NCBI RefSeq assembly: GCF_000195855.1
Contig: NC_002677.1
Span: 2,490,001 to 2,522,000 of the forward strand
Length of the DNA stretch: 32,000 nt
DNA from: Mycobacterium leprae TN
GTDB taxonomy: Bacteria; Actinomycetota; Actinomycetes; Mycobacteriales; Mycobacteriaceae
Direction of reading: 5' to 3'
A program made the translations under genes and the position numbers. The notes beneath the pieces are model-generated. The model saw nothing but the letters and a program-made list of their open reading frames with translations. It did no database searches and had not been told where the DNA came from. Shown here piece after piece: positions 23,870-32,000 of the stretch; within the stretch, counting starts at the first letter, position 1, and each line of letters begins with the position of its first letter.

Positions 23870-24394
23870 TCACAGCCCGGCCGATGCTGACCGCTGTTCG
23901 ACGACGGCCCTACTATGCTGGTCAACGACGAGCGCCCGACTCCTAATCAGGCCAGGTTCCGGTCGCGAGAACGCCGTGACAAAGTTCTGTAACGATTCGC
24001 GGATATCAGTTCGCAGCGCAACGGCGACGATCATCCCTATCGGTCCAAACAGCGCGGAGCCACCCAGATGCACATCAAAGCTGACGACAGAGCCGTCGTC
24101 CTTAGGCGAAACCTTAGCAATCAGCTTGACCTTGACACCGCCAACACCGTCGCCGTTGAGCGTCATGGCCTCAGGCGCTTTGTAACGCACAACCGTCCAT
24201 CTGATCCGGTTGGGCATGCCCTTGACCTCGACATAGGACTCGATGACCGTGCCCTTCTCCACCACTTCAGGCAACTTGCTGCGCCACGCCCGGTGAATCG
24301 TTAGCCATTCACCGAAGCGGGCCAGATCGGAGGCACACATCCAGGCCTCATTCGGTGGCAGTGGTACGTCGATAGATCCGGTGAGTTTCGCCAT
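23870..24394 (-). CDS. SRPBCC/polyketide-cyclase-fold protein, Rv0910-like (annotated in Mtb as toxin of the Rv0909/Rv0910 pair)
   Basis: Open frame MAKLTGSIDVPLPPNEAWMCASDLARFGEWLTIHRAWRSKLPEVVEKGTVIESYVEVKGMPNRIRWTVVRY...GGVKVKLIAKVSPKDDGSVVSFDVHLGG. Start placed at the internal ATG (24392-24394). Confidence 0.82.
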   Translation of the reverse strand: MAKLTGSIDVPLPPNEAWMCASDLARFGEWLTIHRAWRSKLPEVVEKGTVIESYVEVKGMPNRIRWTVVRYKAPEAMTLNGDGVGGVKVKLIAKVSPKDDGSVVSFDVHLGGSALFGPIGMIVAVALRTDIRESLQNFVTAFSRPEPGLIRSRALVVDQHSRAVVEQRSASAGL

Positions 24395-24411
24395 GCGCTT
24401 AATTCTGCTGG

Positions 24412-24582
24412 TCACCCAAAAGTGTCAAAGCTAGCGGCCTTCTTGGTCTCTTCAGCTACCTGATAGATAGTGTCAGTGTACTTGCCTTTCGCCTTTTCGT
24501 CGACGAACTCGCCGGCCTTATCGAGCACCGTTTCGACTTTGTCAGCATTCTGCACCAGTATGTCCTTTGCTTTGTCCAGCAC
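24412..24582 (-). CDS. Small Rv0909-like antitoxin-type protein, 56 aa, GTG start
   Basis: Minus strand GTG...TGA reads [56 protein letters not shown]; located just upstream of the Rv0910-like ORF. Missed by the supplied ORF track because of size/start codon. Confidence 0.7.
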   Translation of the reverse strand: MLDKAKDILVQNADKVETVLDKAGEFVDEKAKGKYTDTIYQVAEETKKAASFDTFG

Positions 24583-24699
24583 TCTACATACCTATGTCCT
24601 TCCCCATCAATTCCCCGGGACTCTTAGTGCTGATGGCATCCTACTTGCCAGATTGTTATCAGCCTAGCTAGCCCCTGCCGGGTTACCTTAACAACCACG

Positions 24700-26680
24700 G
24701 TTGTACACCAAGCTTCCTGTCCCAAATCGCCATATTGCCTCGATCACTATGGAGCCGAGACAGCCGATGCCCAGTACGGTTGATATCAACCACGAGATTC
24801 GACGGGCCCAGGAAGAACTTTTCTGAGTCAGCGGCACCCTGAAGATCGCCACATAGACCAAACCCGAGCCAATGACCAACACCAACCACCACCGCCGGCA
24901 TGCAGTGACATCACAGCAAATACCCATAGCGCAGTCACCAACAACGTGAACAGCGCCGCTGTCGACACTTGATCCTGTTAACAACGCCCGTATTAGGCCA
25001 ACAAATGGGAGACAAAAATCGCGTCGCCGACCGACTAGACCGGACGGCAGCACTGACTTCCGCACCCGGCGGGCGAAGCCATGGTAAGCGCACTCGTTGT
25101 TAGGTGCCAACGAATGAATGACGTATTCCGATCGTGAACCACACCACGATGGTGGCGTGGATTGGCCGAAACGGATACAGCAGCAAGTCGATGTTGAATA
25201 GTTTAAAAAGCAAACATTCGGTGGCAACCAGCAGAATCAAATACACCGTCTTAGCCAAAACCAGATCGACCACCCGCTCGATGTTCCCGCTTATCCGGAG
25301 GCACTAGCAAACAACGTAAAGCAGCTTGGCAAAAATGTTATCCAGCAACACCATCTGAGCCACCGTGCAGGATACGGAGCTGCCCGCACCCATCTTGACG
25401 CCGATATCGGCATCCTTAAGCGTCAACACGTCGTTGAAACCTTCGTTAGCCATCACGATGGTATGACCGGGCGATGGCAGGGCACGCACGGCGACGCGTT
25501 TTTGCTCGGATCGCACACGACCGAACATGGTTCTGCTTCTCCAGCGCGTCAGCCAGTTCGGCTTATCCCGGAGGTAGGTTAAGAAAGTCCATCGTATCGC
25601 CATGCAGCCTGAGCTTACTGGCGATGACACCGACAGATACAGCGTTATCTTCTAAAATTTCCTACACCAAAACATACTGGACAAGAGAATATTTCATAGT
25701 CTCTCAGGAATCTTGTCGCACCTTGCTCCAGCACCACCAGCGCGACCGGGGCGACACGGCCCGGTTCGTTAGGATGATCGACAATCACGTAGCTGGCATT
25801 GGGGCGGGCACCGGCAATTACCAGCAAGGACAACACCTCCGGACCACCTTCTCGTTAGGACCTTTGGACAGTCAGATCCTCAACAAAGCAGACACGCATG
25901 CCGGTTTCAGTCAAGGTGTCGTTCTTGTACACACAGATCACATCGACCCGGGCTAACCCTTCGATAGCTGGCAACTCTTGCACCAAGCATTGACGTTGAT
26001 CCAGCCTGATGCAGCAGACCGCGAAAGCAATCGACGTGATCAATACCAGTTCTGCTAATACCATCGGGACCAGCGCACCCACCATCCGCAACACAGACAA
26101 CCACCACCCTGCAAGTGCGGTGAACAACTGTGTGTAGATAGTTAGCAGACACGCCGGCACCAACAGTTAAGTGATGAACTGCAGGAACCGGCTAATAGCT
26201 TTGTGCAGTTCGAATTTCACCAGGGTGCACTTTCTGTCCTCCCCTGCCAGTTGGACGGCATAGGCTTGCAGGCCCACCATGGTGGCGCAATAGGAACCGG
26301 TACCGGGCACGACAAAACTACCCGACATCACCGCATCACCGATACCCTTGGGAATCAGCTCCGCCGCGCCGGACAGAAGAATTCGAGTGTTTGATTACCT
26401 GCGCACCAAAAATTTCTCCTACCCAACGATCGCCAACTGGTCCAGCGTCTGCTTGGCCCGACCCTTATTGGATCATGCCGATGTTACTGAGCAAACCAAA
26501 CAACCCGTTGATCGCCGACCGTCGCCAAAGCGATCATCAGCAACACGCCCAGGATCACATCGATCCGGGTAAATACGTTGACCCGCAGGGTGTCCGTTAT
26601 GTTTCATACGGAGCGTCGCACAAGGCGTTGCTCTTGCCCTCGGCAATGCTTCACGCCACCTCAGCATCGGTCAAGCCACC
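24700..26680 (-). pseudogene. ctpE: P-type cation-transporting ATPase CtpE (Rv0908-like), multiple frameshifts
   Basis: [138 protein letters not shown]. Confidence 0.85.
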
Positions 26681-26739
26681 TGGCGACGATAAGGTCATCG
26701 TATGCATGTGCCCAGTTTTTCTACGTCATGGTACTCAAG

Positions 26740-27560
26740 GCGCAGCATGGCTCCAAGAACCTGGAGAAAACCGTCTTGGAAATCATTCCGGAATAGAAAA
26801 TTTCGTTCGTCAACGGGAATATGTAAGATATCGCCGTCCCAGTGTGTTAAACCAGCTTTCTGGCCCTATCGCCAGCTGTGGCACGCTGTACCGCTTGGTC
26901 ACGAATGGCCGGACCCCAGTAGCCACTGGCGTACACGCCGAGGTAATCGCTCAGCGGTCTGGCCGGAGCAGAGCTGACTGGGAGCTGTTGGCCGAAACAT
27001 CATCCCCTCCGGGTTGTTCATCGAGCCGACCTCATGGTTGGACAGGACCGCCCAGTTCTGGCGAATCTGATTGCAATATAACAGATATATGAATTCTGCG
27101 GTCAGTGTTTCCGACGTGCCGTACGGCGCGACGTTGGTCAGCATGATGATGCCGATCTCCTCAGGTAGTAGCACCGCAAAGTTCGTCGCTTCCCAGAATC
27201 GAAGCCAGTTGAAAGACGTCTCCGCGTCAATCTTGTTGTCTTGACCATCACCCTATGCTTATGCCCTTGGCGCCGAAAAGATTAGCGTACAATTCCTTTC
27301 CACTGTTAACGATGACCATTGCCATGCCCGGTATGCCGCTGCTTTTCATCAGGTCGCTGACCAAACCGTCGACCTTGGATAAGGCGACGTCGAGGCGGCA
27401 GGTCAGAATCTGCAAACCTGACACCTCATTGGGAGAAGGATCAAACAAAGTGTACGGCGGGTTCGACAGTGGTTAGACAAAATGACATCCGCTTAACGCC
27501 AACAAGACCATCACAATAGCGGCCATTACCGCGCGCTTCGTCATGCCCGCAGACTCTAGC
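26740..27560 (-). pseudogene. Beta-lactamase-related hydrolase (Rv0907-like)
   Basis: VDGLVSDLMKSSGIPGMAMVIVNSGKELYANLFGAKGISIG and LPEEIGIIMLTNVAPYGTSETLTAEFIYLLYCNQIRQNWAVLSNHEVGSMNNPEGMMF. Confidence 0.75.
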
Positions 27561-27639
27561 GTGGGAACCCGAAGCGCCCGAGTCTACCGGAAAAGACCGA
27601 GGAGAAGGTCCTCCAGCGGCGAGACCCAACCGGATTTGC

Positions 27640-28745
27640 TAGCCGAATCTATAGCCGCCACCAAGGATTGAATCTCAACGGCGCTGCTGGATCGAAACGC
27701 TGATCGGGGGTGAGTGTTGCGACCTGGATCTATGCAGCTTCGGCGGCAGCGAGCAGCTGTTGGACAAGTACAACCCACGGGTGAAGCGCCAGCCGGAAGG
27801 TGACCCATCGGCACCAGCAGCCCTGACCGCGAGTTCGTGACGTCCAGATGCGCCCGGACCGCTTACGCGGGATTCATGTTAATAGAATATCCACCCACGC
27901 CGGGTGGTAGGCCCCGATGGGCATCAACGTCAGGTCGAACGGTCCGTGGTCAACGCCGACCTGAGCGAAGCTCTTGGCGTAGCCGGTGTCACCGCCAAAA
28001 CATGCGCGACGACTTGGACCGATCAACCCCCACGACGCTCACAGCGTGGTGTTTCGGTTCAGGAAGCGTCCCCGAGAAGTGCCGTGCCGGCACGCAGATC
28101 AGGGTGAGCTCGTCGACCCGAGCACTCTGATCCCAGTCAAGTTCAACGATGCGATGACCAGGTATGCTCCACGGGCGAAGGTGGGCACCGACACCAATCG
28201 GCACAAAAACGGGGCCCGATGAGTGCGAGCAAACCCGACAACAATGTCGATATCGAGATGGGCCGTAGTGGTCGTAGCTTATGATCACCACGTCAACGGT
28301 AGACAGTACTTCCAGTTGTATCAGCGACGGGTGCAGCCGGTGCGATCGGACCACGTCCGAGGGCGAGCATCGGTCACTCCACACCGGATCGGTTAGCACA
28401 AAGTAGCCGTCGATCTCCAGCAGAATCGTGGAGTGACCGAGCCAGCTTACCGAGCGACGGCCGGGTGCAGTCTTGAAAATATTCGGTGCAGCCGATGGGA
28501 TCGGCGCCGCCGACCGGCTCACGCCTAATCCACCGATAAACTCCCATGGGATTAGCTGCAGTTGCTTGTGGTCCATGTCGAACACCGAGGCGGATTCGAG
28601 GTCGATCAAGACGCCATCTCGGTAGTCCGGAGACCTTCGCCATCGCCTGGATCGAAGCTAGGTCGGCACTGAAAGACTGCCTGCACGCCGTGCAGTGCTT
28701 ACAACAGCAAACCATCAGGGCGGACATACCAGCAGCCAATCACAG
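27640..28745 (-). pseudogene. Metallo-beta-lactamase-fold hydrolase (Rv0906-like, NAPE-PLD-like), frameshifted
   Basis: RRSVSWLGHSTILLEIDGYFVLTDPVWSDRCSPSDVVRSHRLHPSLIQLEVLSTVDVVIISYDHYG, then GVGAHLRPWSIPGHRIVELDWDQSARVDELTLICVPARHFSG; C-terminal fragments in other frames. Confidence 0.8.
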
Positions 28746-28769
28746 CGCTCTGCGCAGCATGCATGAATG

Positions 28770-29513
28770 TCATGCCCCCTGAAACTTAGGTGGCCGTTTC
28801 TCCACCCGGGCGACCTGCGCTTCGATGACATCCTGGCTGGTCCAGGCCTTGTCAAAGAGCTTCTTGTGCTCCGGCCACGCCTCTTCGATAGAGCCGTCGT
28901 CGTTGAGTACCCGCTTGGCGTGCTGGATCGCCAGTGGTGCTAGGCCGGTGACCTCGGCGGCCCAGGCCTGGGCGTCGGCCAGTGCACCGATGCGATTGGC
29001 CATCCCGGTCTGCAGCGCGATGTCGGCGGTCAACTTCTCCGCCGTCAGCAGCATCGCGCGGGCCCGGCCGTGACCAACCAACGAAGACAGTCGGCGAATA
29101 CTCCAGTTGTCAAGGGCCAAACCATATTTCGAGGTAGGAAACTGAAAATACGCATCCGGTGCAACAACCCGCAGATCACATTGCATGGCCAACTGTAGAC
29201 CAGCACCGATGGCGGGCCCGTTAATAGCGCCAATTACCGGCATCGGAACAGCATCCATGACCCTGTGTAACTCGATCAGCCGGTCAGGGTAGTCAGCGGC
29301 AAACGCATCTCCGCTCAGATCCGCGCCGGCACAGAACACCGTGCCCTGGCCAGTCAACACAATCACACGGGTAGACACCTCACTGTCGGCGCTACTAGCT
29401 TTCTGCACAGCCTCCCGCAGCTTCTCGATAAGTTGCGAATTCAGGGCATTGCGGCGCTCGGGACGCTGCAGCTCGATAGTCATAACGCCTTCGGCCTGAG
29501 TAATACCTATCAT
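28770..29513 (-). CDS. echA6: Enoyl-CoA hydratase/isomerase family protein EchA6 (Rv0905-like)
   Basis: 247-aa uninterrupted ORF with the crotonase signature ([43 protein letters not shown]). Confidence 0.92.
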   Translation of the reverse strand: MIGITQAEGVMTIELQRPERRNALNSQLIEKLREAVQKASSADSEVSTRVIVLTGQGTVFCAGADLSGDAFAADYPDRLIELHRVMDAVPMPVIGAINGPAIGAGLQLAMQCDLRVVAPDAYFQFPTSKYGLALDNWSIRRLSSLVGHGRARAMLLTAEKLTADIALQTGMANRIGALADAQAWAAEVTGLAPLAIQHAKRVLNDDGSIEEAWPEHKKLFDKAWTSQDVIEAQVARVEKRPPKFQGA

Positions 29514-29538
29514 TAAGCCAGCCTATAGAGCCTCGTCG

Positions 29539-30862
29539 GATGAGTCGTACTACGACCGATCAACTCCGCGAGGCAGTGCTAGACGTTGGTTCATTCGTTA
29601 GCTGAGACCGCGAACCGCTAGCGCTGCCGATAACCAAATCCCACGCGCGGGAGCTGACTGACGCCCAAGCCGCCAGTGGCTTAGACGAATCGGTGCTGAC
29701 CAGCCAGGGGTGCGTATTCGGGCGACGGGTAGCGATAATTGTCTGCAAATTCAGCTTCCTCGGTGGCCGTATCGGGGTGGCAGCCGCGGAGCGAATCACC
29801 GCCGCCGTGCAGCGGGCGACAGCTGAGCGGCTGCCGCTGCTGGTCTCGCCAAGTTCCGATGGCACCCGTATGCAGGAAGGCACCGTCGCGTTCCTGCAGA
29901 TGGTGAAGATCGCTGCGGCCGTCAAACTCTCCAAACGGGCGGGTCTGCCCTACTTAGGGTACTTGCGTAATCCGACCACCGGCGGGGTCTTCGCGTCGTG
30001 GGGCTCGCTGGGCCATGTAACCGTCGCCGAGCCGGGTGTTCTAATCGGCTTCCTTGGGCCTCGGGTGTATGAGTTGCTGTATGGCGAACCTTTCCCGTCC
30101 GACATCCAGACAGCGGAGAATCTGCAACGGCATGGGGTAATCGACGCTATCGTCACGCTGGACGGACTGCAACTGACGTTGAATCGTGCGCTGACGATGA
30201 TCGCCGATGTTCCCAAACTAATACCGACGCCACAACGACCCGAACCGATACCGGATGTGCCAGCTTGGAACTCGGTTATGGGGTCGCGACGGCCTGAACG
30301 GCCAAGTGTCGCACAAGTACTGCGGCACGGCGCCACCGACCGAGTGCTGCTGTCCGGACCCGGTCACGGCGAGGCAGCGACCACCTTGCTGGCACTGGCC
30401 CGATTGGCCGGCCAGACCGCAGTGGTAATCGGTCAGCAACGGAAGGACGGCGGTAATCGCCCAGTGTCTGGCTGAGCTCGTCACGCTGGACACACCAACA
30501 GTGTCGGTCCTACTGGGTCAGGGCAGTGGCGGACCGACACTGGCCATGGTGCCCGCCGACCGGGTACTGGCGCCACTCCCGCCGGAGGGCGCCAGCGCGA
30601 TTGTTTTCCATGATACCGCTCATGCCGCCGAATTTGCAGCGGCCCAGGGCTTCCGGTCGTCCTGACCTGATGAAGTCCGGAATCGTCGATGTGATCGTGC
30701 CCGAGCACACCACCGCTGCCGACGAGCCGGTCGAGTTTTGCCAACGACTGTGCAGTGCTATCGCCACCGAGCTACACGCGCTACGCGAAGTACCCGATTC
30801 CCAACGTCTTGCGACGCGGTTACAGCGTTACCGCCGCATCGGGCTGCCCCACGACACTTAAA
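29539..30862 (+). pseudogene. accD3: Acyl/acetyl-CoA carboxylase carboxyltransferase beta-type subunit AccD3 (Rv0904c-like), frameshifted at both ends
   Basis: ORF 29693-30475: VFGRRVAIIVCKFSFLGGRIGVAAAERITAAVQRATAERLPLLVSPSSDGTRMQEGTVAFLQMVKIAAAVKL...; MSRTTTDQLREAVLDVGSFV upstream and ARLQRYRRIGLPHDT-type C-terminus (TRLQRYRRIGLPHDT) in other frames. Confidence 0.88.
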
Positions 30863-30949
30863 CCAACTACCTACGCACACAACTCGCCGCAACGCATGAC
30901 TGTAGTTTATATCTGGGTGAACGTGTCCAGTCGGTCATGGCAACTTTGC

Positions 30950-31420
30950 CCATGGATGACGCTTGGTGGGCGGCGAAACCTTGTGGCGCGGAACGCTGAG
31001 CTGCTATCGACTGCGAAGACAGGCTGAAGCCGGGTGGCTGTGGTCAGTCCGACCCGGCGTCATTGCCGGGCTGGCCGCAGCAGCGCTGCATGACTCGGAT
31101 TTCATCGACAACGACGAACCAGTCGAGCTAATCTGGCGTAACCAAAACTTACCGGCCGACATGATCACCCGAAATCAGCGCATCGATGAATGACAAGCTT
31201 ACTTGCGTCGGCTGACCTTCGGTGATGACGCTTGCGCGAACGGTCACCGTCGAATATGACGGGAACCATCACCGCACCAGCCGACGCAAGCACATTTCGG
31301 AACCAGTGGCGGCTACGCAAGCAGCACACAGCTGGAGTGGATCGTTGTCCGAGCGATCACCGAGGATATTTTCGTTGGGTACGCCAAACACTCTACCGTC
31401 GCGGATCATCTCAACCAGGG
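30950..31420 (+). pseudogene. AbiEi-like / DUF559 (Vsr-fold-like) two-domain protein remnant
   Basis: WLWSVRPGVIAGLAAAALHDSDFIDNDEPVELIWRNQNLPADMITRNQRID, then LTCVG*PSVMTLARTVTVEYDGNHHRTSRR, then LEWIVVRAITEDIF, matching the mycobacterial 'RPGV...GLAAAALHG..WID...PVEL..R....AGI..R.ERL...V..V.G.PVTTPARTAFD...VEYDGDHHR...LGWIVVRV' family architecture. Confidence 0.6.
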
Positions 31421-31539
31421 GCGGCCGCCGCAGCGCCAACCAGCACACTCTGGCCTACCGGTGATCCGGCCAGGTAGTCAGCGGACCAGCACAAGGTTGA
31501 GAAGTTGACTGGCCCATCTACGAGCGGCGGCTTGGGTCG

Positions 31540-32000
31540 CTATCGAGCAGGTTGAATGCTCACCCCGTCGTACGCAGCGACGACAACGCAAGCAGCGTTG
31601 CCCATTGTCCCGATTGCATTGGGTAACTCAATAGCGCTGCTGAAACGGTCTTCGATAGCTACTCGCAGCTTAGCGCGCTGAGCAACCAAGCATTGGATGA
31701 GGTCAGGGTGGCACCCGGCGTGCATCAGGAAGTCGGTTTTGACGAGCAGCCAGTCGGGATCGAGCAACAGGGTGGCCGCAACCCTGTCCACGAGCTCGAC
31801 CAGATCGGCGGATTCGCCGGCGCCCGCGATAGCGGGCTGAGCTGTTCGGTGATTATGGTCGCGTGCTGGTCGTAAAGCGCGAAGAACAATTCCTCGAGGC
31901 GATCGAACAGCGAGTAAAACACCTCGTGGGTGTAGCCGGCCACCGTACACACATCATTCTATGCGTACATACCCAAATCCCTTGTCGTCGAACACCTGAA
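31540..32000 (-). pseudogene. TetR-family regulator remnant (partial at window edge)
   Basis: VCTVAGYTHEVFYSLFDRLEELFFALYDQHATIITEQLS (HTH: ..AGYTKGAFYSNFDSKEELFLAL..) then frameshifted ESADLVELVDRVAATLLLDPDWLLVKTDFLMHAGCHPDLIQCLVAQRAKLRVAIEDRF. Confidence 0.65.

Noticed and set aside
29950-30336. 128-aa minus-strand ORF
   Set aside because: Antisense shadow of the accD3-like coding sequence on the plus strand.
1-32000. CRISPR array, prophage, insertion sequence, or retron/defence island
   Set aside because: No regularly spaced repeats, no integrase, transposase, reverse transcriptase or phage structural motifs could be recognised in any frame.

Overview
The window reads as mycobacterial chromosome in an advanced state of gene decay, very much like Mycobacterium leprae. 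A few genes are intact. They are surrounded by short broken ORFs that can only be recognised by joining fragments across frames. All comparisons with M. tuberculosis (Mtb, 'Rv' numbers) are from recalled protein similarity, not from a database search. Apparently intact features are: pstC2 (with the first codons of pstA1), pstS3, mntH, the Rv0912-like membrane protein, the Rv0910-like and Rv0909-like toxin/antitoxin-type pair, the echA6-like enoyl-CoA hydratase, and a tRNA-Arg(CCT). Recognisable pseudogenes are: Rv0927c-like SDR, Rv0926c-like, nrdZ, a beta-lactamase-class esterase, rtcB, archease, an Rv0571c-like phosphoribosyltransferase/hydrolase, an Rv0914c-like thiolase, an Rv0913c-like carotenoid oxygenase, an Rv0911-like glyoxalase, ctpE, Rv0907-like, Rv0906-like, accD3, an AbiEi/DUF559-like protein and a TetR regulator. 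The most striking structural signal is a 422-bp inverted repeat with no mismatches (12006-12427 and 14357-14778). It carries the already decayed 3' end of the Rv0571c-like gene. The 6-15 kb segment also gathers remnants of several genes whose Mtb orthologues belong to the DosR dormancy regulon (nrdZ, Rv0571c, rtcB/Rv2631, archease/Rv2630). I found no CRISPR array, prophage, or intact novel multi-gene system. The 15.3-20 kb stretch is largely unassignable apart from the tRNA.
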